Assembly (NCBI GenBank): GCA_002269645.1
Contig: NIVC01002178.1
Coordinates: 1-64,000, forward strand
DNA from: Macrostomum lignano
Lineage: Eukaryota
Reading direction: 5' to 3'
DNA: 64,000 nt
In this document: in pieces, positions 1 through 13,019 of the stretch
How positions within the stretch are numbered: position 1 is the stretch's first letter
How the letters are laid out: each line of letters opens with the position of its first letter
Translations under genes and position numbers: made by a program
Notes under the pieces: model-generated
What the model was told of the DNA's origin: nothing
The model's input: the letters and a program-made list of their open reading frames with translations, nothing else
Databases searched by the model: none

Positions 1-2033
1 AGTCTGGCCCTTGGTGAAGACCGGGCAGTGGCCAGATAAAGTGCTCAGCGTTTTTCAATGCTTAAGAATCTCAATCCAGAGAAGTTTCTTTTTTTGAGAC
101 CTCAACTCAAAGATTCGGATTGCTTTGAAAAATGAAAAACAAAAAAATCTACCTCATAATATGAAACGGCTCTAATGTTGAGTTTGACATACAAATCTGG
201 ATTGGTCATTATCCATAAGAGTTTTCATCAAACGTGGATTTTCAGTAAAAATCGCAACAGCCCAGTCAGCACCTGTTCACCCGCTAAAATTAATATCAGA
301 AAGGTCTATAAGGCAAATCAAGCTTGAAATCTGGATCAGTAATCAGGTATATCGACATGGGATAATATATTATGAGAGCTCCATCAGATTTGGTCCCAGT
401 TTGGGAGGCTGGAGAATCTGGGGAGCGGGATTTAAGAAAAATTGAGCGGGGGCCAGTTTTATAGAAGCTGGCAAAAGAAGACCCCCGGAGCATAGAGGAG
501 AAATCCCATAGCATAATCCCCCCCGCCAAAGCCGAGTTCAAGTCTTCCACTGTCGCGCGGGCTGCGCGGCGGAAAGCGAATTTTTAATGACTTTAATTAG
601 TCTTTAGTCTTCAGCCGCTCGGCACAGCGGCCCGATGAAAGTGAATTATTCAGAGCCTGGAAGATCCCCGTCTCCCTGAAAGACCGAGCTCTCTCTGCCC
701 ATCACCCTTCGAATGCTTGCGGTGCCATCAAACAGGCGGGCCGGGGGCATAACTCACCTGTAATTAACTGATAGGAGGAGGAGAATAGGCCTTCCCACTT
801 TTCATCCCGCCTCGAAAGCTCCATGGGATCCGACCCAACCCCCCCCCCCCAACCGGAGCGGCTGCGGTCTCCCCGGGGAGATTCCGGTTGTAGCTGAGTT
901 ATGGCCGCGTTTCCTGACGGCAGCTCGGCCTTGTCCGGCCATTTCTACTCTAATTCACCTGAGATTGCTCCGGCCGAGGCTGTGAAAGCTAAAGCGGACC
1001 AATTTGCCTAATGGCTTATGGAAGCCGAGGCCATTAGTTATGCAGCCGCGGCACCAGCCGCGGAGCAACAGGGATCGGCGGAGTGTGGCGAGTTCCTGCC
1101 CTGACAAATCTCTGCACAGTGTGTAGATAAAACACACACTTGCTGTATATATCCTTTATAGCTTGTATAGCCCCCCCCCCACTTTTAATTCTGAGTAGTG
1201 GTGGCCTTTCAGCTAGATCTGGAGCGATCGCAATTCACCGCCACTCCCCCAATCAAGATCACACAAAGATTTATTGCTCCGCACAGTCACTCCGCTTCTT
1301 TCATGCTCAGATTCAGCTGATCAACCGAATTATAACACCTTGCGCCGTTTCTTCTCTTTCAATCTAAAAATAAAAGCAGATTTGCTCAATTCTTCAGACA
1401 GAGAGTGTGCAAATATTTATCAACTACAAGCGTATATTCATAGGTTGGAGATTTCGTTGTGTCAATTTTCTGTCGCGTGGCAGAAGAGCAGTGAGAAAAA
1501 AGCAATGAGTTGAGAGGCGCAATCAATTAGATTGAATTGTCTTCGGGCAAATATATGAGAGCTGCCAATGGGTGTTTGACGATGTTTGACCCGCCTTGGC
1601 TCACAGCATGAAATTCAGGCCCCAACAGTTTGGGGTCTCTTTGGTCTCTGTAAAGGAAATATTGATGAGGATTTGGGATTTCTTTGTAGGGGTGTATAGG
1701 GAGCGCTCTCGCATTGGCTGGACCGCAGTCAGACTCCTCCCCCTTAGAGTTTTCCAATTCCAGCTATTCCTCATCTCTGCTCTACCCCTCAGAGCCTGAG
1801 CAGCCTCGCATTCTCGCTCCGACACTGGGGAGAAGCAGAAATTCTTAGGGGGGGGGAGTTTGAGTCCGCGGGCAGGCCGCGACCAATGGGATCCTGAGCA
1901 GGAGCTTTGGGAGGAGCGGAGGCTGGGACTCCCATCGGAAATAGCTGCATCACCTGTCGGCTCTGGCATCGAATTTCGACTCGATTGTTCAGGCTCTTCC
2001 TTCCTCAACCGCCTCCGGCCTCCAGCCTCCAGC

Positions 2034-3257
2034 ATGACAGCTCCGTACTTTGCCCACTTCGGCCGCAGGCCACCGTGGCTGCAGCAGGGCAGCTTCGGCC
2101 GAATTCCGCCTCCGCCGCCTCCGCCGCTGCCGCCGCCGCCACCGCAGATGTTTCCCAACATCGGTTGCCATCCTTACAATTTCCCACCTGGACTTCATCC
2201 GCACGCTTCTGCCGCGCCGTTTCTTGACCCGCTCAACATGGTGCACCTGAACTGCTTGATGCAGCAGTCGCTGATGCCGCCGCATCCTCTGCCGTCGCCG
2301 CTGCCTCCCCCTCCGCCGCCACCTCCTCTGCAGCGACCGCCGCAAGCAGCGATGCACGAGTTCTTGAACAGCAAATTGCCATTGAAGTCACCGCCATCGA
2401 ATTCGCCGCCGCATCCCCTGCCGCCGCCGCCTCCGCCACCACCTCCGCCGCCCCCGCCGCCACCGCCACCAAAGTCCCAGGCGGGCCCGAAACGAAAGGC
2501 AACTCGTCGAACAGCGGCGCCGAAGGACGGCGACAACGACAACAGAAGCCCGGTGAGCGGCACCCTCATTCGCAAGCTGACGGACAAGGACGGTGTCCGT
2601 CAATCGGCCGACATCCCCGAGCCGTCAAAGTTCGTGGCCGTCACGCCGGAGACCAAAGCGCAGCTTGCCAAGATAAAAAATGTGATTGGCGACTTCGACT
2701 GCCAGCTGTGCTCGGTGAAGTACCCGGACGCGTTCCAACTGGCCCAGCACCGCTGCCCGGGAATCGAGCACATCCACTACAAATGCGAGGACTGCGACAA
2801 GTCGTTCAACTGCCCGGCCAACCTGGCCAGCCACAAGCGCTGGCATAAGCCGAAACCGCCGGGCGGCTCGCTGAAGAGATCGAAAGACTCAACGGTTGCA
2901 ACGGGCAAACCGGCCGAGATCTCAACGCCGCGACAGTCGAAACCCTATCCGTTCAGAATCGAGGACATCCTGCTTGATTCAGCCAGCTGCAGGCCGGGAG
3001 GCAAGCGAGGGCGTCAGGACGTTAAGCCGGAAAAGTTAGAAACGCCGTCAAAAACTGACGACATCGATGCCAGCGACACCAGCTCCGCCGGTGACAGCTC
3101 GATGGATCGCTGCATCTGCGGCTGCCTGCTGACTAAGCAGGAGCTGGAGGAGCACATGCTGAAGCACCTGATGGAGAAGGCGGCCTCTGTGAAAGCCGAA
3201 GCTCTCGAGAGACAGCAGCAGCAGCCGGTGTTCCCGGAGCCACTGACAGACAATTAA
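2034..3257 (+). CDS. INSM1: INSM1/Nerfin/EGL-46 family C2H2 zinc-finger transcription factor, single coding exon
   Basis: GDFDCQLCSVKYPDAFQLAQHRC (C2HC finger) followed by YKCEDCDKSFNCPANLASHKRWHKP is the diagnostic INSM/Nerfin finger pair (from ~2700). Pro-rich N-terminus. The ORF-track start at 1860 is TTG; the first in-frame ATG is 2034. Confidence 0.9.
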   Translation: MTAPYFAHFGRRPPWLQQGSFGRIPPPPPPPLPPPPPQMFPNIGCHPYNFPPGLHPHASAAPFLDPLNMVHLNCLMQQSLMPPHPLPSPLPPPPPPPPLQRPPQAAMHEFLNSKLPLKSPPSNSPPHPLPPPPPPPPPPPPPPPPPKSQAGPKRKATRRTAAPKDGDNDNRSPVSGTLIRKLTDKDGVRQSADIPEPSKFVAVTPETKAQLAKIKNVIGDFDCQLCSVKYPDAFQLAQHRCPGIEHIHYKCEDCDKSFNCPANLASHKRWHKPKPPGGSLKRSKDSTVATGKPAEISTPRQSKPYPFRIEDILLDSASCRPGGKRGRQDVKPEKLETPSKTDDIDASDTSSAGDSSMDRCICGCLLTKQELEEHMLKHLMEKAASVKAEALERQQQQPVFPEPLTDN

Positions 3258-4906
3258 TTGACTTATTCGTTTACCGATTAGCTTACTGTATCCTGCCATC
3301 TAGATATGAACAGTTTTGTTATAATCATATAATTTGGAGTTTCCCGCGCTTTAAGGTTAGTCATGTGGAAAGTTATATTTTGCTGCAGGATGTTTTCAGA
3401 ATTAAGCAGTTGAGCCAAATTGAGGTCAAATTTTTAATTATATGAAATATAGATGTGGTTTCACATCGCATAGCTACGCTCGTATAGCCGCTGAACATCC
3501 TCGCACAAAAATACAACTTTTACGCGTAAGCGATCAAAAGTTTAAAGTTTTTGAATTTAAAAAACTTTGCTTTCTTATACTTTTTGGAGTGTAAATTCAT
3601 TGAATGATATAAAGCGAAAGTTCCCTCCCTATAGATTTTAAAATCTTGCGTGTGAAATGTACTTCTTATGCATAAAATGTAACAAATATTACCAATAAAT
3701 TTTGTTATAACACACAGTTAAACTGTGTTCCTAAAAGTACGCAATGAATGAAAAGAGTCGATCTGCAAGGTGCAGCAGTGCAATGACAAGTGGCTAAAGG
3801 TCGCTACTAGCCGCTGCTGATGAATCTACCAAGGAGGCCGATGCAGCAGCTGTAGTCCAGCTGCAGGAGAATGGACGGCCTGAGCTAACCTTCTTAAAGG
3901 ATTACCGCCGCTGCAAGACAATGGCATGAACATTGGGAAACAATGAGACAGGTCGGGTGTTTGCTTACCGTCAATACTTGAGCTCGAGGATCTGAGAGGA
4001 TCAAATTTCAGTAGCTTTTTTGCGGACGGTGAGTGAAATGGGATCTGTCTCTGAATTGCATGAGCAGCGAGTGGTGACGGCAGCTGTGCATCGCTCCTGA
4101 GCCTTGATCTGCGAATGCCAAAATTTAGCAGCAGCTAATAACCGACAAAAATGATTGGATGGTAAACTGAATTGTCAGCTCTTTTTCCAACTGTTGGAAA
4201 CAAATTTATGCTTTTTTATGCGTTATAATTTACTTGTGCAACTTTACAATTTTACTGGCTGTGAGGCAGCACGTCTCAACCCCCTCACAGAACTCTGGTT
4301 GGGACTCTGTTTCTGTATGTTTGTTTTCTCAACTATTGTCTCAGGCTCCTGTCAACAACTCGTGACTGAAACTTCCCCATTAGGAAGCAGACGGCATCCA
4401 GACTCTCTTGGATTTGACAGCAAAAATTCGGCACCATCGTCGTTCCCCTGCGTGCGCATAAATTTCTGTTGAAATTTTTAAACAAATCCGAAAGACTCAA
4501 TGTTTGCTCAAAAATCTCAATATTCTTCGCGTGAAATGTCGGGTTGAGTCAGAAATAGCGAAACTACCTGACCAGTTGCCACAATATTGTATAGAATGAG
4601 ACAGAAATCTCATCAAGAATTCAAAATTGCAGGTGAATACTAAAGGCCCGATTTCAGCAAATTCAGTTGCCAAATATCTTCAACACTCCGTTAGCAAAAT
4701 TTATTCACAGAAACGAGTAGGTTTCTCTGAGACCTTGAATTTTGCCAGGACCCATGTGTGATGTGCAGTGGCTCGATTCTGCATCTGGTATGTAGGGGGA
4801 TAGTTTGCTAAGCTGCAGGTGAAGTTTTCCCACTTGCTGGTAGACAGACAATTGATTATGCAATCGCCTGTAAAACTGTGGTGAAGCTGTTTGCTATTCA
4901 CTGATC

Positions 4907-5674
4907 CAGGCAGGGGCCATGGATTTTGTGGTGGGGGGACAAAGCCAAGAATTCAACATGCACATGTACATGACTAAATTTCATGTACATGTGCATGAAA
5001 TTTAAAGTACATGACGCAAGCACTCATTTTAGCGCCGCAAGCACTCATTTTAGCGCCGCAGGCACTCATTTTAGCGCCGCAGGCACTCATTTTAGCGCCG
5101 CAGGCACTGATTTTAGCGCCGCGGGCACTCATTTTGGCACCCCAGGCACTCCTTTTGGCGCCGCAAGCACTCATTTTAGCGCCGCAGGCACTCCTTTTGG
5201 CGCCGCAGGCACTCATTTTAGCGCCGCAGGCACTCATTTTGGCGCCACGGGCATTCCTTTTAGCGCCGCAGGCACTCATTTTTAGCGCCACAGGCACTCA
5301 TTTTTGGGCCGCAGGCACTCCTTTTGGCGCCACGGGCATTCCTTTTAGCGCCGCAGGCACTCATTTTAGCGCTGCAGGCACTCATTTTAGCGCCGCAGGC
5401 ACTCCTTTTGGCGCCACGGGCATTCCTTTTAGCGCCGCAGGCACTCATTTTAGCGCCGCAGGCACTCATTTCGGCGCCGCAAGCACTCATTTTAGCGCCG
5501 CAGGCACTCATTTCGGCGCCGAAAGCGCTATATCTTGGCGCCTTGAAGAAAATTTTTGATTACCACAACGACTCACAAGGTGGGGTGGAGGGGACAAAGC
5601 ATTGGCATGTCCCCCCAAAGCTTTTACTGGCGGGGGGACATGTCCCCTTTGTCCCCCCGGTGGCGACGCGCCTG
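4907..5674. mobile_element. MITE-like element with imperfect TIRs and an internal 21-bp tandem array
   Basis: Left end CAGGC...GGGGGGACAAAG; the reverse complement of the right end also reads CAGGC...GGGGGGACAAAG. GATC lies on both sides. Internal array GCAGGCACTCATTTTAGCGCC at ~5016-5520. A related right-arm fragment is at ~49298-49448. Confidence 0.65.
5016..5520. repeat. 21-bp minisatellite (GCAGGCACTCATTTTAGCGCC)n
   Basis: Directly visible tandem units; explains the repetitive ORFs at 4974-5815. Confidence 0.95.
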
Positions 5675-8600
5675 GATCCAACAAACGCGCTATTGAAATG
5701 TCTAGGGTTTCTGCACAAGCATCACCGCTATTCACATAAGCTTGTAGCCGCTTCTGCTGTGTCGTCTAAAACTTACGAAATTTTTATAAGGAATTCTCTA
5801 TATAAAACACTTTGAAAAAGAAGGGTCCTGTACAAAAAAGCTCACTACTCCTCTTAGAATGAAGATTGACAAAAATCGAGTTGTGCATCTTGTAAAGGGA
5901 TAGATTCTGTACAGGATGGCGAAAAACCAGCTTTCTACATTCAATTATAAATTCTGGGGAGCACTAGAAAAAACCAGCCTCCAAATATTTTCTGCATGAT
6001 TTGGCCGGTTTCCCATCCCTAGTTTAAGTATAGTCCCTGCTCGGAGAACAATAAAAACCTGTAACCAAGGGGCAGCAAGGAAACAGTGCGCAGTCATGAG
6101 CAAATTTCTCTAAGCATCGAGCTGATTTCAGAACCATATAGACGCGGGCTCGTCAGGCCAGTGCTCACTTGCATTTTTTAGAAGACGTGTCCTCCGTGAG
6201 TTGGTCTCAATTTATTTGAGTCGGACGCGGGGCAGGAGAGCGAAGCAAATAGAAAAGCAGCTGCAAAGCTGTGGAAAAACTCTGCTGACAGTGGCAACCT
6301 GAAGAGAATTTCAATGCAATGCTGATTATTATTTAAGGCACTCGAGAGGCCGCGTGGCTGCAAAGTGTGGCTGGCTGACAGGAAAGACGGTCGGGAAGAA
6401 AAGATTAACCAGGGTAGGGAGAGACAGCTCGCCTGAGGATGAGAAAAAAAAGTTAAACAAGCAACTTCGTTCTATTTGGCTCCCAAAAATTTGCTTCTGC
6501 CATGCACGAGCCAGCGCCATGGATGCGATGGTCATGGGGACACCTATGGTCTGGGGAAGATAGAGGGATTATAATCCCTGTGGCTGGAATCTCGGCCGGA
6601 ACGCGTGATCCGTTCAATAGGGCCTGGCATATCGTGAAAAAAGCTGCAAACTGCGACCGCGTACAATTTTTTTAGCAAACTGGGGCCTGAAAAGGGCCAG
6701 AGACGCCGGGGCTGTAAATTAGACATTTCCTCCCTGCTCAGCCTCAATTCGCAAACAATTCCGCGGGTTGCTCAAGGCTCCGAGCTAGAAGTTTGAGCTG
6801 TATTTTAGCCTGAAAAGCAAGCGAGGAGGGAGGATGCGAGTCGCCGATAAAAAAGACATCGGTGGATTAAGATAAAACAAGAAGTGGCGCAGCAATTATC
6901 AATGCGGCATCGCTAATTTACTCAGCCTCCTCCCGGCCTGGGTCCGATCTTCTGCTCAAGAAATCCGCATCCCTTCCTGCAGCACACGGGCGATGAAATC
7001 TAATAGGGACTGCAGGAGGGCATACAGATGGATAATAAATCGCAGCGCTAGCGGTGTCGTCTTATTGGGCTGGAGTGGATGAGAGCAAATGAGACACCGC
7101 AGCAAGCACTTGATAACGGCTAGGTACTAACGGCAATTTGTTTATGCCCAGCATCTTTCGCGAACACCGGGAGGAACGCAAATAACATGCAGCAAGCTTA
7201 GATTTTCCTTGCATCTCAAAAAATGATTTATATATAACCTATTAGCTCGTATATTGGCCCTGATGGAGTTCTCGAACCCCCCGGAACTGTAAGAAGTCAC
7301 TTATGTACACAGTAAGAGGGCATATCCTGTGCAACAAATGTTATGATTTGAGTCTTGAAGAGTCCTGCTGGGCTCATTTTCATTTTTCATTTTCAATGAG
7401 AGAGGGGCTCGTTTTCGTGCGGGCGCTATTTTATTTGACTGTCCACCAAAACCAGCACCAAGGGTGACGTTTAATTTCAAGGTACGCCACGTCGTTTGGA
7501 GGACGCCGATTTCATTTGAGGTGGTACCAGCCGTACTCTATTGTTGTTGTTCTTGCTGCCGCTGCAATTGTTGTTGCTGTGTCGTTGTTGGCATAAACTA
7601 GAAATTCAATAGTGCATTAAAACTATACAAATCTCGAGATTTTTTTGCGTTTCGCCCAAAAGTTCAGTTTATAATTTCCAAGAAAAAACGACATGCATTT
7701 AATAGCAACAATTTCCTCGAGCATAGTTACGACTCACTTGATGTAATTATCAGCTCGACAGTCGATTGTCACAATTTGATTCTTTGCACAAACACGAGAT
7801 ACACCGAACAATATTTTCCTCTGCTACTTAGATTCGCTCCAACTATTGAAACCTCAAAGTGCATTCTAAGCGCTGAACAAAGCAGCCATCGTTGTTCATG
7901 AATGCTCTCTCAATATAAACACGAGACCGGCGTCTTTCGTCATCGACTTCCCAAAATTGGAGCAGATCCATGCTCGAAATGCTAGTCTACACCACCAACA
8001 AGACTTTGTTCAAAACAGAGGTAAAATGGTGTGTTCAATTCGATCAGACTGGGACAATTTTGTCGATGGCTAAACTTGCTTCGACCGGTGGCAGAATGAA
8101 CAGAATGTTTTGAACTGGGTTTTGTTTTTATTGATGTTCCGTAAGTGTTGACCCAGTCTGAATTGTCTAAATTGAATTTTCGCTAGTTTTCTTAGAACTG
8201 GACTTTGATCATAATAGAACGCGAAAAGGTGTACTAGTTGGCTTTTATCTTGCTTCGAGGGTGGATTAAAATTTGCTTGATTTTATCTACAATTTCTCAC
8301 CAGTGGTAGACTGATAAGAGCTTCGTAAAATTGGATTCAGCACCTCTGCCACACAAAATTGTATCTGGTTATTCGATGGTTGATGAGTGGTGAAAAACAG
8401 TGCTTTGTAAAATAGAGATAGAAAAATACCACTGGTTCGCTGGCTATTTACCAGTGGTAAGTGCTTCGTAAAATTGGTCCCTGGTGTTGCCTTTGAGTCA
8501 TATCTATGATTCATGGCACAAAAATAAACACAGTGAGACCTAGAAGCAGTCTAACAGTAAACTGGGCTTCGAATTAATTAAACGAGTCAAGTTTAAAAAT

Positions 8601-8831
8601 TTTTAATCTACAGTGAAACAAAAAATTTTAGTGAAAAGCACAAGCAATGGCAGCTATTGATTGTTACGTCAAAAATTTACAGTTTTTAAATTTAGTATAA
8701 GTTTTATTTTCATGAACAGAATAAAGGGGTAAAGTCTGTTAACGTGCAGCTGCGCAAATCCAAATCTGGTCACTGGCCAGCCGTGTGCTCGATGACCACG
8801 AACACACACGTGTAGCCTAATACATGTACTA

Positions 8832-9105
8832 CTTTGTAAAATTTAACGAATATTCATGTCCCAACCCCCTTTGCAAAATTTGCAAATAATCATCGTTCCA
8901 ATGTCCTCTTTGTAAAGTTGAATGAATATTCATCTCTCCTCGTCCCCCTTTGTAAAATTTAATTAATATTTATCTTTCCCTACCGGCCCACCCCCATGGC
9001 CTTTGTAACATTTGGCAAATATTAATCTCCGCCCATAGGCCTACCCCCTTTGCAAATTTGGGGAATATCCACCTCCCATCCCCCTTTGTAAAATTAGCGA
9101 TATTT
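8832..9105. repeat. Degenerate repeat-spacer array, ~7 copies of CCCTTTG(T/C)AAAATTT...AATATT(C/A)AT with variable C-rich spacers
   Basis: Motif read at ~8832, 8858, 8907, 8945, 9000, 9045 and 9081; spacers of ~7-26 nt all differ. Confidence 0.7.
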
Positions 9106-9468
9106 CGCCATTTATGGCGCATGACCAAGATAGCCACACTAAGATGGCCACAGCTCTAAATGTCTTAATAAGATAATAAGAAACCTGAGGTCTATATATT
9201 TAATTTATTTCCTATTGGTAGCAATTTTTATTAGGTATAGATCTTCAAGTCTTAGAGAGATAGATGCTATTATAATGGAATTATATAAGTCTAGTATAAA
9301 AGATACCTTATTGCATATTTATTACATTTTTTGAATATTATTATCATTAGCAATGATTTCTTGATAAACAAATAATAATAGATTTGATAGATATAATGAT
9401 AGAGGCCTAGGCCTAGGGAATAAATTGGCATACAAATTCAAAAAGATTATATATAAAGTTTTTATATT

Positions 9469-10560
9469 AGGCATTTGTTATTTGTCCAGTTAAATTGCTA
9501 ACACAAATATCTATTTGTTTCAAATATTCTATATTTTTAAGATATTTTCTTGTATACTGATTCATATTTTGTTGTTTACTACTAGTGTTAAAAATGCAGT
9601 GGGCTCATTCCATATAAGATGAACATTTTTGGAAAATAGAAAAAAGTAAATATTTTTGCTTGCCATTGCCTTATCAGCCAATTTTTTTACCAAATGTTTT
9701 TTATGTGTAATATCTACAATCTAAGAATAAATAAATGATAAAATGTTGGATTAGTATGTTATCAAGTGGCAAAAAGTCATTTTTGTAAAAATTTGGACAT
9801 TTTTCTAAGCAAAAGACATCATTAAGTTTGTGTACCTTTTAAAAACAAATAGAAAGCTTTGGAAGGTTGAAACAAACTATAGATAAAAGTATAGTACTTG
9901 CATCATCAGATAAAAGTATTGGTGACCAAATAATCTATTATATTTTTAATATATTGGTACCTCAAAGTTACTGAATTGACAGAAAAAAATATGTTACGAC
10001 CATAATGTTACGACCATAAGGCTGCCTTTTTTTGTATCTTTGTTGCCTTTTGAGTTTATATATTCTACAAAAAGAGTATGATTACTGAAGATGTTGTTAG
10101 TCAAATTTTTAAAAATGTATTGCAAAATATAAAAAATAAAAAATGTTATAAGACTTTTACCTTTTAGTTTCTATATGTCAAAAATCCTGTTGTTACGACC
10201 ATAAGTGCCATTCAAGGTTTAATAGCATCTATACTAATGATGATATCTACATGAAACTCTATAAAAATATTCTTGGCAAAATTATCTTTCATTTAAATAT
10301 TGGTTTAGTATATTCTATTATTATATTTCATTTTATAAGTAAAAATAGTCTGTCATGTTATGACCTCATTTTATATGGAATGAGCCAGTGTATTCAATTT
10401 GGCATAATTTGGTATATATAGGATATATACCAGTATAAAATAATAATCAAGATACAAGTAAGAAATCTTTGAAGTCTAGGAATATTCACCCTTGTATTCA
10501 CCCTTGTAAAAAAAGATATTTTAGCATTATTAATTTAACTAGACAAATAACAAAATGCCT
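9469..10560. mobile_element. Outer MITE-like element with ~28-bp TIRs, carrying a nested element
   Basis: AGGCATTTGTTATTTGTCCAGTTAAATT at 9469 is inverted to AATTTAACTAGACAAATAACAAAATGCCT ending 10560. ATT lies on both flanks (possible 3-bp TSD). Confidence 0.6.
9602..10386. mobile_element. Non-autonomous DNA transposon, 21-bp TIR, 4-bp TSD (AGTG)
   Basis: GGCTCATTCCATATAAGATGA at 9602; TCATTTTATATGGAATGAGCC ends 10386. AGTG at 9598-9601 and 10387-10390. Internal TGTTACGACCATAA motifs. Confidence 0.8.
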
Positions 10561-10838
10561 ATTTGTTTGTTATTAACTGGATAAATAAGAAAGCATAGCC
10601 GTTATCTAGTAACTGGACAAATAACCATATTGCTATTTGTCCAGTCACCGGACAAATAACAACTGTCTTTATATTATAGGTAATTATTAGATTCAAACCT
10701 TAGATCTATTATTGTATGGTATTACTAATATTTATAAATATGATTGATTAAAAATAATAATTAGTATAACAATAGGTATTAAGTTGCATATTAATAGTGA
10801 AAAAAGAAAAGATATGATAATAAAGATTCAATGTTGTG

Positions 10839-11230
10839 TAGAGGTCAGACAGGATCCCGATCCCGATCCAGAAATCTCGGGATCCCGAGGAAAATTGAAT
10901 TCCCGCGGGACCAGAATCCTGACTCTAAAAAACTCAAGATTTGGGAACAGGTCTTTCAATTAATAATTTATAGATTTAGTGATTACTTGAAGGTATTTTG
11001 CTTTAACTTGTACTCGTTACATTATTTACTTTGTTGGTTACAAAACTTCATATCAATTTTGTTGTGTTTTACTTCTTGATCTTGACAATAATTTCTCAAT
11101 TTTGTTTAACTTTACATGGACAATACACTAAAAGACCTGATCCTGATTCCCGAATCCCAATCCTGATCCCGAGAAAAAAATTATTCCCGATCCTGATCCC
11201 ACCCAAAGATTTCAATCCGTCCAACCTCTA
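10839..11230. mobile_element. hAT-type MITE, 392 bp, 8-bp TSD
   Basis: TSD ATGTTGTG at 10831-10838 and 11231-11238. Termini TAGAGGTCAGAC... and ...GTCCAACCTCTA. Subterminal GATCCC/ATCCTG repeats. Confidence 0.85.
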
Positions 11231-13019
11231 ATGTTGTGGCTATCTTGGTGTATGGCTATCTGATTCTTGGTCTTATACTATATAGAAAGGGACTTGGTCA
11301 CTGCTGCTTGTTTACTTATTATATGACCTTCTATGAGTATTTAACTGGAGTCAATAAGCATTAGCACAATATTGGATTGTAATATAGTAGAAAATCATAT
11401 CACCAATGAAAATAGTCATAATAGAACAAAGCTATTAAGGTACAAAAGCCATTGTAAAAATGCATTCAAATGTTCACAATGTTGTAATAGTTTGCTTAAA
11501 AGTAATCATATAATAAAGCAAAAGCTAAAAAGGAGCATTTTTGTAGCTCAACATATTCAACACTAGTTCTAAATAAATTTCTTGTAAAAAATGACAGTAA
11601 GTATAATTTTCACTCATTTTTACTTTCTGGACTAAGGTGGTTTGATTAGGTTCCATAATATAATATAGCATTTTTATTATAAAAAGAAGTAACTTTTAGT
11701 AAGTTATTAGCAAGTTAAAAAGCCACAACAAAGAAATGACATAATTTGTTTAAAATGTTATTAGCACAGGCCTTGATTAAATGTTCCCTGGCACTTAAAA
11801 ATGCTGCATGGGTACATGTCCTTATAAATTTCAACCTATTGGACAATTTATTTTACAATTAATTTATATTTCTTGCTAGTAAAGTTGGTCATAAGTTAAA
11901 ATAATAAAGTTGTCTTTTTCAATTCAAAATTTAAGATAATGTTTTTTAATGTTTTTTGTAATGAGTTAACAAGCTAACAAAGGAAAAACATTTAAAAACT
12001 GCTTGATAGAATTATCATTCAGTCATTTTATTAATATGTAACATTTTTCATAGAATATCTTATATAAAATAAATTAAAAAGTAAAGAGTGGCAATTCTGG
12101 CTAGTTATAATTGCTTTAATCCAAATTCATGCTTTCAGCTTTCAATTTGTCATGATCAAAATTAATGCAAGGGAAATCGGCAAGAATCCAATCAATTCTA
12201 GGCATTTCTAATAGAAACAAGCATCTATGCTACCTTAAAAGTTGCCTTAATGTAATGTTGCCAAGCTTTTTCTACAAAGTATAGGCAACTTGCAAAATTG
12301 TCAAACCTCTCGAAATTAAGCCACTACTCTTACCACTTTGACATTTGTCAAACTTCTTTGGAGCAAAGATCTTCCTCTTAAAGCCTCTGTTGGAGATTAC
12401 AAAGTTTAATGGCCTGAATTGTGTGACATACATATCCTAAGGCAGCTTGTTAAAAGTAGATGAGCTTGGGTACCTGACACTTTCAAAGTCAAGTGGTGCT
12501 TTGAGATGGTCCTGGTTGTTTTTTTATATGTGTCTTGCTGCTAGCCAAACTTTTGTTAAATATACTTTTTAGATAAGCTGCCATGTTTTATCCCCTCTAG
12601 GTTAGCAGATAATGCAAGAAAAACTCACAATTGCAAGCTTGCATATGCAAAAAATTTATTGTCACCTCCTTTGTTGCTAGGATGTAACTTGGTTTGCTTT
12701 GTATATTTTGAGAATGCACTTGGCTTTGTCATCTATATAGAAAATGCAAAGGTTTTATCAGTCACTTAAATGCACATAATTGACAATAAAAGACTAACCA
12801 AAAAACTGCAAAAGGAATTGCTATTTCCTAAAAAGAGAAGCAGTGAAATGAAGAATAGGAAGCACAAGAAAAAATTAAAATACCTATTTTGGCTACATTG
12901 CCAGACATGCCTTCTTGGTAATGCAAAGTCTGCTTGGAGCTGTTGACTTTCTATCAGCCAGAATCCTAAAATGAACTAAAATTATTTTCATAAAATACTA
13001 AATTACCAACATAACATAG

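Noticed and set aside
4974-5815. Repetitive ORFs (MSACGAK..., APQALIL...)
   Set aside because: Translations of a 21-bp minisatellite, open in several frames on both strands.
8832-9105. CRISPR array interpretation
   Set aside because: Eukaryotic context, degenerate repeats, spacers short and uneven, no cas genes.
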